This document shows positions 1 to 9,211 of a DNA stretch of 64,000 bases, one piece after another. This stretch comes from a virus (Duplodnaviria; Heunggongvirae; Uroviricota; Caudoviricetes). Below the pieces are notes generated by a model that was not told the origin of the DNA, did not search any database, and saw only the letters and a program-made list of their open reading frames with translations. Position 1 is the first letter of the stretch; each line of letters opens with the position of its first letter. A program made the translations under genes and the position numbers. The stretch covers positions 105,062 to 169,061 of IMG/VR virus record IMGVR_UViG_2770939580_000003; one strand, written 5' to 3'.

Positions 1-165
1 CACTCCATTTTCGAGAATCTTATATTGAGTAGTCATTGTTTCTTCTACATATAAAATCAATTCAATATCTTCCCACTCATTTTCATAAAGCTCAATACAT
101 TCTGGGTCAGTACATTTAAGCTTTTCCAATTTAAACTTACCTCATTTCTCAGTAAATGATCGATT

Positions 166-396
166 TTACTTGCTTACGTATGGAGCATCCTCAAAATACT
201 CTTTTTCGATACTGGTTAACTCAATCTGTTGTTGTGGGGCTAGCATTGAAATAACTTCTAACAACATTTCATATCTATGTATAAGTCTAATCCTGTCAAT
301 GCATTCATGTTCACGATGCGCACAACTTGTTTTACTATAAAGTTGTTCGTAGTATCTATTTTTTTGTTTAGCTAGGTAATACAAATAATCGTACAC
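166..396 (-). CDS. hypothetical phage protein
   Basis: ORF co-oriented in the minus-strand block with GGAG RBS. Confidence 0.7.
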   Translation of the reverse strand: MYDYLYYLAKQKNRYYEQLYSKTSCAHREHECIDRIRLIHRYEMLLEVISMLAPQQQIELTSIEKEYFEDAPYVSK

Positions 397-410
397 TTAT
401 ATAACTCCTT

Positions 411-665
411 TCAATCCTTATGGTCATATATGTATTCAAGTTCAAACTCCACATCTAACGCCTCTAATAAATTCCTTACAACATCCATGTCAACATCTGT
501 ATATGTGCCAATCAACTTCTCATTAACAATCAACTCTGTTCCATAATCGCCACAACAACCGTCTGAGCAGTTATAGTAATATTCTCGAACCACAATTTTG
601 TTCAGCCTTATCACACCCTTTACGTTAAACGTTTCTATTAAAAGAAATGTACATAGTCTTTCCAA
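411..665 (-). CDS. hypothetical phage protein
   Basis: ORF with CSDGCCGDYG motif; true start probably downstream of the track start. Confidence 0.65.
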   Translation of the reverse strand: MERLCTFLLIETFNVKGVIRLNKIVVREYYYNCSDGCCGDYGTELIVNEKLIGTYTDVDMDVVRNLLEALDVEFELEYIYDHKD

Positions 666-1003
666 TTGTACTTTTCGCTTGTATTTCGTTCATCAAAACA
701 TGGTGGACGTAGCTTCATAATAATTACACTAACATCATAAGCATTATCCCAAAGAGTTTTATCAATATAGACTTCCTGATATCTCAATCCTCTGCAATTA
801 TCGCTATACTTTTTGGCTTGGTATGTTCCTAAAACTGTTTTAACATAATCCTTTTTGCGTCTGATGATTGTTTTTTCGGGTAGATATCTAATCAGCTCGT
901 TCATCTTTGATTCGGCTTTTAGTTGATCGTCTGAAAATATCATCGTGCTAACATGCGTAGCATTCATGCCTATACTTTCCCTTCTTTCTCTGTGAAATAT
1001 CAA
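638..1003 (-). CDS. hypothetical phage protein
   Basis: co-oriented ORF. Confidence 0.65.
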   Translation of the reverse strand: MIFHRERRESIGMNATHVSTMIFSDDQLKAESKMNELIRYLPEKTIIRRKKDYVKTVLGTYQAKKYSDNCRGLRYQEVYIDKTLWDNAYDVSVIIMKLRPPCFDERNTSEKYNWKDYVHFF

Positions 1004-1005
1004 TT

Positions 1006-1263
1006 TTACTTAGATCTTTTTAGTTTTCTTAATCTATTTACAATGCCTTCGCTACTAACTGTATAGCTACCTCCCATAATCAACATATAACAATAGACGA
1101 CAACATGAGCCAAAATGATAGGAAAAATCAACAGTAATACAAACCATACCCACATACCTTGAAAGCTAAGTTTAAGGACACTCTCTTTCAAAAGCGATGA
1201 TGCTGCTACGGAAATGATTACCAAAATATAGTTTAGATAATTATTTTTAAGATGTGATTTCAT
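1006..1263 (-). CDS. small two-TM membrane protein
   Basis: two hydrophobic stretches; GGAG RBS. Confidence 0.7.
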   Translation of the reverse strand: MKSHLKNNYLNYILVIISVAASSLLKESVLKLSFQGMWVWFVLLLIFPIILAHVVVYCYMLIMGGSYTVSSEGIVNRLRKLKRSK

Positions 1264-1291
1264 TTTATACTCCCCATTCTAAATAAATTCT

Positions 1292-1480
1292 TTATTTTAC
1301 TGAAACATAACTTTGTAGCTGTTCAATTAAGCGTACTACGTCATCTTTTTCTAGACATACTTCTGTTAAAAACTCAGAATCTTTGTAGTTGGAGAAGGAT
1401 ACATGTGATGCTTCTGTATCAACCTCAAAGTAAATCCCCTTACGAGGTAACTCAAAATAACAGCTATATCTATTGTTCAT
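1292..1480 (-). CDS. hypothetical phage protein
   Basis: ORF with GGAGGAGG RBS. Confidence 0.7.
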   Translation of the reverse strand: MNNRYSCYFELPRKGIYFEVDTEASHVSFSNYKDSEFLTEVCLEKDDVVRLIEQLQSYVSVK

Positions 1481-1546
1481 TGGTTAGCCCTCCTCCGTTC
1501 TTAAAGTAAATCCATCAATCGTTTTTAACAATCTACTATGAACTGC

Positions 1547-1918
1547 CTACTCATATGTACTAATAGCTTTCTCAATGTCGTTCAATATCTTTTTTATTTC
1601 TTCGGCATTCTTTCCAAAAATTGAACCACCGCTTGATTTAATCTCAAACCTGAAGTTGTCCTTGTTCGTCTCTGGTTCAACTGGAACAGTGTTGTATATC
1701 AACGTACCTTTTGAAAATGTCTTTTTAGTGTAGCTGTCACAATAATCTTCTCTAAGTTCTGTCAGACCTTTACATCCTCTAATTTGTTTAACACTTTTCT
1801 TTGATCTGATCCAGCAATGACCGAGCGTTTTAAACTTATGAACCTCTAAGAGTAATCCATCTCTAATTCGCCATATGTCCTTAATTGCGTGTGATTGTAT
1901 TTTTTCCATATTCATCAA
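1547..1918 (-). CDS. hypothetical phage protein
   Basis: co-oriented ORF overlapping upstream stop. Confidence 0.7.
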   Translation of the reverse strand: MMNMEKIQSHAIKDIWRIRDGLLLEVHKFKTLGHCWIRSKKSVKQIRGCKGLTELREDYCDSYTKKTFSKGTLIYNTVPVEPETNKDNFRFEIKSSGGSIFGKNAEEIKKILNDIEKAISTYE

Positions 1919-2264
1919 TCCGTTTCTGAATTTTCTTTTTAATTCGGGTGCTTTTTGTTTTCTTCATGCGTCTATTCAAATCAGGATTTTTTACAGTTTC
2001 TTTCTTGGTCCATTTTGGGCTAAATGGTGTTTCAATCATTTCAGTTTCAACAATCGAACTTTGATTACCTACTGTCAAATTAATCCCCTTTTCAGAAGTA
2101 ATGTGAACATCACCATTCGAGTGAATTTTAAAGTTCCCCAGTTCGATACTGTCCTTACTAATCTTAATGCCCTTTTCTTCCTCAAACACTTCCGCTGCTA
2201 ATGGTTTAACTGGAGTACTAAATTTGCTTGCTACCTTTTTAATGAATTCTTTAAATTTACTCAT
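1881..2264 (-). CDS. hypothetical phage protein
   Basis: ORF with AGGAGAG RBS. Confidence 0.7.
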   Translation of the reverse strand: MSKFKEFIKKVASKFSTPVKPLAAEVFEEEKGIKISKDSIELGNFKIHSNGDVHITSEKGINLTVGNQSSIVETEMIETPFSPKWTKKETVKNPDLNRRMKKTKSTRIKKKIQKRIDEYGKNTITRN

Positions 2265-2288
2265 TCGTTCTCTCCTTGTTATATGAAT

Positions 2289-2537
2289 TTAATCTAATAA
2301 ATTTTTGTTAATATCAAACTTGTAATATGATAGGATAGTCAGTCTCATATCCCTCAATACAGACATTCTTTCAACCATTCTATTAATATCTTGAACATTA
2401 CCTTTTGCTATCACATAGAAGGCATATGCCTCATCAAACGTAACTGGGTAATCATTAGATATCTCATTTGCAATGTTAACTCCAACTTCATCAAACATCG
2501 CTTCCATGTGCAACCTCCTTTTTAAACGTAATTTCAA
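2289..2537 (-). CDS. hypothetical phage protein
   Basis: ORF; AAGGAGG RBS points to a start at the internal Met. Confidence 0.65.
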   Translation of the reverse strand: MKLRLKRRLHMEAMFDEVGVNIANEISNDYPVTFDEAYAFYVIAKGNVQDINRMVERMSVLRDMRLTILSYYKFDINKNLLD

Positions 2538-2775
2538 TATCTTTATTCTTAATAATTGAAACGATTGTCATCCCTCTGATTTTACTTCCTACGGAAATAT
2601 TATTGAGATTATCTTTCCAATCTCTAATCTCAAGTCCATCTCCGATCCATACAAACCCGTATGTACTGCTATTTTCGTCAAAGGTGATGAACACGTAGTT
2701 ACCAAGCTCAGTTACTAGTACGTCTCCATGTTCTGCATGAGTTTCTGCTTTGACTCTCTTGTCGACGATTTCCAC
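2491..2775 (-). CDS. hypothetical phage protein
   Basis: ORF with GGGG RBS. Confidence 0.7.
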   Translation of the reverse strand: MEIVDKRVKAETHAEHGDVLVTELGNYVFITFDENSSTYGFVWIGDGLEIRDWKDNLNNISVGSKIRGMTIVSIIKNKDIEITFKKEVAHGSDV

Positions 2776-2791
2776 TCAATTGTCCCCTTAA

Positions 2792-2953
2792 CTAGAATTT
2801 GCTGTCCTTATAACAGACATTACACTTAACAAAAGCGGTCGTTCCCCAGTGCTCATATTCTTCATCATGGTTTGTTTCATAGTGATCTTCAGAAACAATC
2901 TCGCAATCTGTACTCCCACAATTTAGGCAAGTGATCTGAAATCCATTCTCCAT
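2792..2953 (-). CDS. small zinc-ribbon protein (53 aa, not in ORF track)
   Basis: Hand translation MENGFQITCLNCGSTDC...VKCNVCYKDSKF; CxxC...CxxC; AGGAAGG RBS. Confidence 0.65.
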   Translation of the reverse strand: MENGFQITCLNCGSTDCEIVSEDHYETNHDEEYEHWGTTAFVKCNVCYKDSKF

Positions 2954-3149
2954 CTTATGTTTCCTTCCTATGAAATACAGCTTTTACTATGACTCAAGGC
3001 GTTCAATTAACTCCTGCACCTTGAGTCCATATTCAGTCCTGCTTGCTTTTGCTGATTCAATAACTTTGTTAATGTCACTCTGTTTAGAGACGATCTGTCT
3101 GACCATCTCATCTACAGAGGTTTCACTTATGCATTTGACTGTTTTAAGC

Positions 3150-3506
3150 CTATTCACAAACTACTCTGTCTTTCTGATATTGCTGATTTTTCAGTTCTAC
3201 CGCTTGCGCAAACATTGCACGACACATAATATGTGACAAGTGCTCATCAGAGGTATCTCCAGCCAAATAAGCATATGCATGAATCAACATGTGATTGATG
3301 TGATCTCTTACTTCAATGTTCATCCAATTATCTGCACCATATTTATCTGCTCCATACTTCAAGACTTTCGTCATCTCAAACATTGCAGCAGGATTGAGTA
3401 GATCAAACCGATAAAGGACTTGTGACTGCTTACCACCAAGTTCGTTGGTGACTGTTGGAGCATCCTTCCCTACTCCTTTAACTACTTCGCTCATATATGT
3501 ATTCAT
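3150..3506 (-). CDS. dATP/dGTP diphosphohydrolase-domain protein (DUF5664-like)
   Basis: RFDLL..A..EM.KVL.YGA.KYG.DNW and HL.H..C motifs. Confidence 0.8.
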   Translation of the reverse strand: MNTYMSEVVKGVGKDAPTVTNELGGKQSQVLYRFDLLNPAAMFEMTKVLKYGADKYGADNWMNIEVRDHINHMLIHAYAYLAGDTSDEHLSHIMCRAMFAQAVELKNQQYQKDRVVCE

Positions 3507-3512
3507 CCTCTA

Positions 3513-4028
3513 CTAATCAATAATTCTTACTCTTACGTTCTTCTTTCTTCCGAACTCTAATGCTTCTTTTTCACTTTTAAAGTACACGTCGATTTTGTGA
3601 TTTTTAATCGCGCCACCCTTATCTTGCACAACTCTTTCTCCAACTCCATCTATATAAACCTTTGTTCCTTCAGGCAATACATGCCAGTCTGCTGCAATCG
3701 TTACACCTTCTTTGGTCATAGCTCCACTTGCTGTCTTTCCGTATTCGGGGTGACCCTTACTCTTACCTGTGCTATTTTCGTGATTTGAATAGGCGGTTAA
3801 CTCAAAATACATCCAATCATAATCATCGTCACTTTTTTTGCTTGTAGTTGCTTTTACTTGCTTAACTTCCAATTTAGCTACCTTCTTAGACTCAACCGAC
3901 TTTTCAACTTTAACACTCTCAATCTTAGTCGTGTTTTTCGCTTCTCGTGCTTGATTGACACCCTCATATCCAACTTGACCAATATTACCAATGGACAGTG
4001 CCAACAATAGAGATAGGAGTACTTCCAA
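3513..4028 (-). CDS. secreted 3D-domain (peptidoglycan glycosidase-like) protein
   Basis: Signal peptide; TAY...TASG...IAAD...QDKGGAIK..KIDVY 3D signature. Confidence 0.9.
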   Translation of the reverse strand: MEVLLSLLLALSIGNIGQVGYEGVNQAREAKNTTKIESVKVEKSVESKKVAKLEVKQVKATTSKKSDDDYDWMYFELTAYSNHENSTGKSKGHPEYGKTASGAMTKEGVTIAADWHVLPEGTKVYIDGVGERVVQDKGGAIKNHKIDVYFKSEKEALEFGRKKNVRVRIID

Positions 4029-4100
4029 CGTATCACCTTCCTGATATTTGATTATAGTAAAGCCCCACTATTTTAAGTGAGGCCATATGTATGACTGTTT

Positions 4101-4604
4101 CTAATTTCCCGCAAACTCTCCGTAATGTTTTGCTCTCATCTTTTTAGCAAATTCGTCTGCTACCTTTAAGTCATCAAACTTACCAACAATAGTATTGATT
4201 CCTTCAATTTGAATTTGTACAGTCCATTTTCTTGTTCTTTTACACCAATACACATTTCTAATGCCAGATTTACTATTCCTATTTGCTTGTGGACGATTAC
4301 ACATATTTTGTTTCTTATTAACTACTCTCATATTTGCAATCCTATTGTCTAGAGTGTCATGGTTAATATGATCGACATACATCAATGGGTCTTTGACATC
4401 CATAAGAAGTCTATGTAAATGAACTGTCTTTTGTTTTCTATTGCCTAGTTCGTCTCTAACCGTTTCAGTTGCTTTGACATAATAAGACTTGGTTTTATTG
4501 TCCCATTTCAAATGCCATGATAAGTTGAGTTTTTCAATTTCACTCAACTTATCGACATTAAATACCGTTTCTAGGTGGACACCTTTCTTATTCTTAAGTT
4601 TCAT
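4101..4604 (-). CDS. HNH homing endonuclease with AP2 domain
   Basis: LHRLLM...VDHINHDTLDNRIANMR; SGIRNV.W...KW.VQI AP2-like C-terminus. Confidence 0.88.
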   Translation of the reverse strand: MKLKNKKGVHLETVFNVDKLSEIEKLNLSWHLKWDNKTKSYYVKATETVRDELGNRKQKTVHLHRLLMDVKDPLMYVDHINHDTLDNRIANMRVVNKKQNMCNRPQANRNSKSGIRNVYWCKRTRKWTVQIQIEGINTIVGKFDDLKVADEFAKKMRAKHYGEFAGN

Positions 4605-4702
4605 ATAGACAAGGTTATCTTCAATTCTATAATCGTTTCTAATTTCTTAATTATCCCTTTCTATATTTATATGATATCTGTCTTTGATTCAAACTCTATG
4701 TA

Positions 4703-5851
4703 TTAGATTGATTTTACGAAATCTAGCGCTTCTTGAAGTTTTTCTGTATCAGTAATTGTTCTAAAATTAGGAACACCAAGGATATCTTTAAATTTTGGCA
4801 CAATCTTTTCTGTTTTATCATTAGAACTGAAACGATCAACCTCTGTTTGAATGGCATTGATTAGGTCGTCGGCTGAAGCTTTTGCTTCCTCTTTCTCTGC
4901 AAACTCTTGAGCTTTTTGTTCCTGCACTGTTTCTTGCTCTTCCTCAATTTTCACAATATTCTTTCTAGATTCTGCATCCATTTGACCCTTTACAGCTTCT
5001 TCGTAGATTCGCATAAACTCTTTAGAGCTATAGGGAACAGGTTCTGATGGAAGATTAACATATCGTCCACCACCAATTGATACAAATTCATTTGGTCTAA
5101 ACAGCATCATAACCTGAGTCTCATGGAAAGCGCTTGCCTTATCTTTTCCTTTTTTGTCTTTGATATTTTCATCTAATTCATTTCCGTCTTTGTCTAAAAT
5201 CACAGTATCATTATAGAGTGTACAAATCAGGCTCGCTTGCGATTCGAACACTTTCTTGCCAGTAGCAGACATCATCATATCAATAGATGTAAACTTATTA
5301 CCATTGCGAAGCGTGGTTTCTCTTTCTTTAGACCAAGCAAGTGACATTGTTCCATACCCTGAATTTTCCAATGTATCAAACTGCTTATTCATTTCTGCTG
5401 TAAGAAGGGTGTATCCATTATCGGTAGTTTTGTCGCTAATTTCTTTCAAGGAGGTATATCTTGACCCATTTCTCTTGTTAAAGTCTCTAATAACCCACTC
5501 TTCCGCTGCTGCCATAGCTTTATCGGCAGTATCTACACCAAGTAGTTTAACAATCTTATTTGTACTCGCTTCCTCAACAAGATCCTTAACAACTGTACTT
5601 CGGAAATATTCCCATTGATCTGCTGGAGTTTTACCTTTAGCATGAATAGGAACAACGTTCTTCAGACTCCATGTTTCCCATCCTTTTTCAAATGATAGCA
5701 ACATGTAATCATCTGGATTGTCGTAGTGAAGTTCAGTTACTTCCTTCCAAAGCCGCGTTTTGCCCGACTTATAATTTCCAACAATAAGCGAACGAATTCC
5801 ATGTAGAGCTACCTTTGGTACATTGTTGATTACTGCGTCTCTCAATCCCAT
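4703..5851 (-). CDS. AAA/P-loop ATPase, Sak4/YorG-like recombination protein
   Basis: Walker A GNYKSGKT, Walker B LGVDTAD; downstream of SSB-like gene. Confidence 0.75.
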   Translation of the reverse strand: MGLRDAVINNVPKVALHGIRSLIVGNYKSGKTRLWKEVTELHYDNPDDYMLLSFEKGWETWSLKNVVPIHAKGKTPADQWEYFRSTVVKDLVEEASTNKIVKLLGVDTADKAMAAAEEWVIRDFNKRNGSRYTSLKEISDKTTDNGYTLLTAEMNKQFDTLENSGYGTMSLAWSKERETTLRNGNKFTSIDMMMSATGKKVFESQASLICTLYNDTVILDKDGNELDENIKDKKGKDKASAFHETQVMMLFRPNEFVSIGGGRYVNLPSEPVPYSSKEFMRIYEEAVKGQMDAESRKNIVKIEEEQETVQEQKAQEFAEKEEAKASADDLINAIQTEVDRFSSNDKTEKIVPKFKDILGVPNFRTITDTEKLQEALDFVKSI

Positions 5852-5948
5852 AAATTAAACATCTCTCCTTAGAGTTATATATTATTTTTTATTGTTGTTT
5901 CTATTGATATGGGGTGCAATTACACACCCCACTTGTAATGCTCAGTTC

Positions 5949-7097
5949 TTATGCAAATGGATCATCAACTTTGTTGCTATTGCTGCTAGAAAAAGGATCT
6001 TTATCTGTTTGACTAAACGGGTCGTCTGAATTACTAACACTATTGAATGGATCATTACTTGTCAAAGCTACTGTTTTTCTCAATTCTTCTTCAGTTAAAA
6101 GTTCACGCATCAAACTACTCTGAACATAGCTGATTACTTCCAAACCTTTTTTATCTCCATTGGTTACGCGCTCTTGGCGAGTTACTTTCTCTCTACTATC
6201 GACTTGGCTAAACGGATCGTCAGTTCCAATTTCTTCAACAACATCTACATAAGCAAATGTTGCACGGTTATTGTCTTGACCAATAACTTCAATGAAATCA
6301 TAAGTGTTTAGTGACGCAAAGGCATCAGCCATCGAGATTCCTTGTTCTACCTTCTTCTGATAGACCATCATCTCAACATCTTTTGGTTCAGATCTCTCCA
6401 CTCCATTTGTCAAAACGACTGCGTTCACTTTCGTATCACCAGTTTCACTATCTTGATATGTAGTATTGATACCAATCTGCATGTTAAAACGATTTACTTC
6501 AATAAAATCAGGTGATTGGAAATCACAAACATAGTTGATAGTATTTTTATCGACTTTAATTTCTTTGACCTCTCCATCGATAATCACTTTGCCTTCCTCG
6601 TTAATCGGATTAATAAAACTGATTTGTCTTGAGATACCTTTGATTACTTTTCCGTCTTCGGCTTCAAACTCGTATGGGATATATTTCCCCTTAACTTCCA
6701 CCCAACAATCTTTCTCTACGATCTCTTTAAACTTTTCAATTCTATCCCATTCAGGCTCAATGAGATGATATGTATTATCTGGATAGCCTTCTTTATTGAA
6801 TCTTTTATTCCATTCTACTTTTGCGGACTTGCCATGTTGTCTACTATATGGATACGCATATGGCTTTTCTTTTCCTGTGACTTTAACTTTTAATTCATTG
6901 CTCAGTGCCGTTTCAACAATAAATTGAAATACTTTCTTTTTTCCATCTTCTTCAGTTGAATAGAATGGAATGTCTTCCCAATTATCTGTATTCTTATCTT
7001 TTTCTTTAATGGGTTTTACTTTGCCGACGAAATGAAATCCACTATTAAATTCTTTTCCACCATGATTGTTGTTTACCTTGATTTTGTAGTCTGCCAT
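5949..7097 (-). CDS. single-stranded DNA-binding protein (tandem OB-fold-like, acidic tail)
   Basis: beta-rich body; repeated DDPF acidic tail ending DDPFA; paired with recombination ATPase. Confidence 0.7.
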   Translation of the reverse strand: MADYKIKVNNNHGGKEFNSGFHFVGKVKPIKEKDKNTDNWEDIPFYSTEEDGKKKVFQFIVETALSNELKVKVTGKEKPYAYPYSRQHGKSAKVEWNKRFNKEGYPDNTYHLIEPEWDRIEKFKEIVEKDCWVEVKGKYIPYEFEAEDGKVIKGISRQISFINPINEEGKVIIDGEVKEIKVDKNTINYVCDFQSPDFIEVNRFNMQIGINTTYQDSETGDTKVNAVVLTNGVERSEPKDVEMMVYQKKVEQGISMADAFASLNTYDFIEVIGQDNNRATFAYVDVVEEIGTDDPFSQVDSREKVTRQERVTNGDKKGLEVISYVQSSLMRELLTEEELRKTVALTSNDPFNSVSNSDDPFSQTDKDPFSSSNSNKVDDPFA

Positions 7098-7160
7098 TGA
7101 TTAATATTATCTCCCTTTGTGTATATGTATTTTTTGATTGTTGTCTCTCTGGTTATTCAT

Positions 7161-7193
7161 TTACATTGGAGGACTTCTCAATCTGCTTGTCAT
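7161..7193 (-). CDS. 10-aa micro-ORF MTSRLRSPPM (candidate leader peptide)
   Basis: AAAAGGTGGT RBS 7 nt before ATG ACA AGC AGA TTG AGA AGT CCT CCA ATG TAA. Confidence 0.45.
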   Translation of the reverse strand: MTSRLRSPPM

Positions 7194-7266
7194 ATGCTTC
7201 ACCACCTTTTCAAAGTGAAATTGCTGCCTCTATATAATCACGCATAGCGTGTTATTTTCGGTTGAA

Positions 7267-7340
7267 TGGGTCTCATCGGACTCGAACCGATATTATCTGA
7301 TTTATGAGATCAGAGCCTTAACCAATTAGACGAAAGACCC
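7267..7340 (-). tRNA. tRNA with CAU anticodon (Ile2 or elongator Met); CCA not encoded
   Basis: Full cloverleaf: acceptor GGGTCTT/GAGACCC, D stem GTCT/AGGC, anticodon arm CTGAT-CTCATAA-ATCAG, T arm ATCGG-TTCGAGT-CCGAT, A73. Confidence 0.95.
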
Positions 7341-7464
7341 AACTTAACTTCTTGATGAAACTATTATTTGATTAACTTGTTTGGCTTACTTACTCAGTAT
7401 AAGTTTAGTTTTTATATCCGTCAAGTATTATTTTTGTATTTTATTGTTAACCGGGAAATCCCGG

Positions 7465-7836
7465 CTACATAAACTGCATTGTAAATCGGTCAAATCTAAT
7501 TTCTGGATTGTTCAAATGAAGATTATAAATGGTCGTCGTATCATTACAATTAAACCTATCCATCTGCCATTTTGAAATAGGCTCTTGAAACAAGCGCTCT
7601 AAGGCAGTTTTATCATTAATATTATATGTATCATTAAACTCTTCGAAAGAGGCAAAGCGAGTTCTTTTAATCATGTCTTTTCTGTAGTCATACAAAAAAG
7701 AGTGCATAAACCCAGAAGATTTATCTTTGCATTTATCAATAAAAAAATCTAGATTACCTTGGAAAAGAAACGTAACCATGTTTAAAAAATCTCCAGCCTT
7801 CTTGTCAACACCTAGTAGATCAATTATTTGCTGCAT
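7465..7836 (-). CDS. hypothetical phage protein
   Basis: ORF with GAGGG RBS. Confidence 0.7.
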   Translation of the reverse strand: MQQIIDLLGVDKKAGDFLNMVTFLFQGNLDFFIDKCKDKSSGFMHSFLYDYRKDMIKRTRFASFEEFNDTYNINDKTALERLFQEPISKWQMDRFNCNDTTTIYNLHLNNPEIRFDRFTMQFM

Positions 7837-8019
7837 ATACTCAAACCCTCTCGTGATAAAAATGTATTTTCTGGGTGTAAATTATCTTATGTAACTATCA
7901 TAATCCATGTTTATACACTTGACAATCACTGTAAGTAGCCGACTTAAATCTGTTGACAGATGCATAATTATGGATTTACAGTCAAATTGATGTCGTACTT
8001 TGTCGAATATGATAACAGA

Positions 8020-8033
8020 AGAACTTATGTTCG
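8020..8033. promoter_or_regulatory. LexA (Cheo) box near the predicted start site of the tRNA-ssb-ATPase operon
   Basis: AGAACTTATGTTCG fits Firmicute GAAC-N4-GTTC; minus-strand TATAAT at 8039-8044. Confidence 0.7.
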
Positions 8034-8101
8034 TATTTATTATACAACAATCCTATATATTATAAAAGCTTTGGTTTACGTGGTTTACTATGTATAGCTG
8101 C

Positions 8102-8488
8102 TTATCTGCCAAACAGCTTTTTAATGTACTCTTTTACAAGACTCTCTCTTGGTTTGGAAATCGTTATGTACTTCTCTTTATCAGTATCGAAGTATACTTT
8201 TCCATTGTCATAATCTACGCTCTTCATTTTGGTTAAGTTCCCAAGCACACCTTTATCGGTCATGATCATACCATGTCTTTCACTCATTAAATCAAAGAAT
8301 GCATTATTGTTTGTACAATAGACGTACTCTCCATTTTCCGTATATATAACCACTCTATAATCTTTCTTTGTAAACATTTCTTTCTTACAATCTATAACAT
8401 CATCAACTTCAATCCATTCGGCCTCATCCTTAATGTTTTTACCGTCTCTCCTCTGCACCATAATTCTATCTCTAAACAATGCATTCAC
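8102..8488 (-). CDS. stand-alone LytTR DNA-binding protein (no receiver domain)
   Basis: LytTR-like pattern (IYTENGEY...TDKGVLGNLTKMKSVD...VYFD...ITIS); last gene of the agr-like cassette. Confidence 0.75.
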   Translation of the reverse strand: MNALFRDRIMVQRRDGKNIKDEAEWIEVDDVIDCKKEMFTKKDYRVVIYTENGEYVYCTNNNAFFDLMSERHGMIMTDKGVLGNLTKMKSVDYDNGKVYFDTDKEKYITISKPRESLVKEYIKKLFGR

Positions 8489-8501
8489 CTCATTTAAAAT
8501 C

Positions 8502-8534
8502 AGCTCCCCATCCCTACAAGAAGAACAGGGAGCT
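8502..8534 (-). terminator. stem-loop between agrD and lytTR (weak terminator or mRNA stabiliser)
   Basis: AGCTCCC-N19-GGGAGCT; only a short U tract. Confidence 0.45.
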
Positions 8535-8541
8535 TAATTTG

Positions 8542-8676
8542 TTACTTCATTTCTTCTGGTACTGGTTCATTATGAATCACAGTCCAGCTTGCGACATTGG
8601 CACCTACTGTCGCTACTGTCATAAATAAAAATCCTAGGGCAGTTACACCCATTCTAATCATTTTTGATTTAATCAT
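8542..8676 (-). CDS. agrD: AgrD-type cyclic lactone autoinducer peptide precursor (44 aa, not in ORF track)
   Basis: MIKSKMIRMGVTALGFLFMTVATVGANVASWTVIHNEPVPEEMK; GGGAGGTGA RBS; start overlaps the agrB stop. Confidence 0.85.
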   Translation of the reverse strand: MIKSKMIRMGVTALGFLFMTVATVGANVASWTVIHNEPVPEEMK

Positions 8677-9211
8677 TCTTTTCACCTCCCTTCAAGCGAA
8701 TGAGCAGGAGGGACTGAACTAATAGAGCCGCACAAATTAGATAGTCATTTAACAAAAAACTCACTATTATCATGCCTATAGATATCAACTTTAAGTACTT
8801 AAAATGCTCCTTGAGAATCTTAGTTTGGTTCTCGATGTTCGACGGTGCGAAGATTGCCACCAACCCTAAACTTAATAAATTCATAAGCAGTGTGTAGTCA
8901 CTTAAAAGATATCCAAACTTCGCAATAAGAGCGATTAAAATGGTTGAAATAACAAGACATACTTCAGGTTTTTTAGCGTGATACCCACCAGAAACCATCC
9001 TTAAAGATGAGAAAGCAACTAAGCATATTATTACTTCGCTAACGATATTTAGTAATAAGCCGATAATCAATAATAGTACTACAGGCGCAATGTTTGATAT
9101 TAAGAATTTGATACCGTATCTCGTTATGCCTAATGGTGGCATTTCATCTGGAAATTTTTCAACCAGCCTAGTTGATATTCGTGTGGCGAAGCTATCAATC
9201 ATACATTCCAC
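8669..9211 (-). CDS. agrB: AgrB autoinducer-processing membrane peptidase (likely start 9202)
   Basis: LRMVSGGYHAKKPEVC with His-X6-Cys catalytic pair; FAPS motif; multi-TM. Confidence 0.92.
   Translation of the reverse strand: MECMIDSFATRISTRLVEKFPDEMPPLGITRYGIKFLISNIAPVVLLLIIGLLLNIVSEVIICLVAFSSLRMVSGGYHAKKPEVCLVISTILIALIAKFGYLLSDYTLLMNLLSLGLVAIFAPSNIENQTKILKEHFKYLKLISIGMIIVSFLLNDYLICAALLVQSLLLIRLKGGEKND

Noticed and set aside
3150-3506. Evidence of a 2-aminoadenine (Z) genome
   Set aside because: No PurZ-like gene in the window, and this domain is common in ordinary phages.
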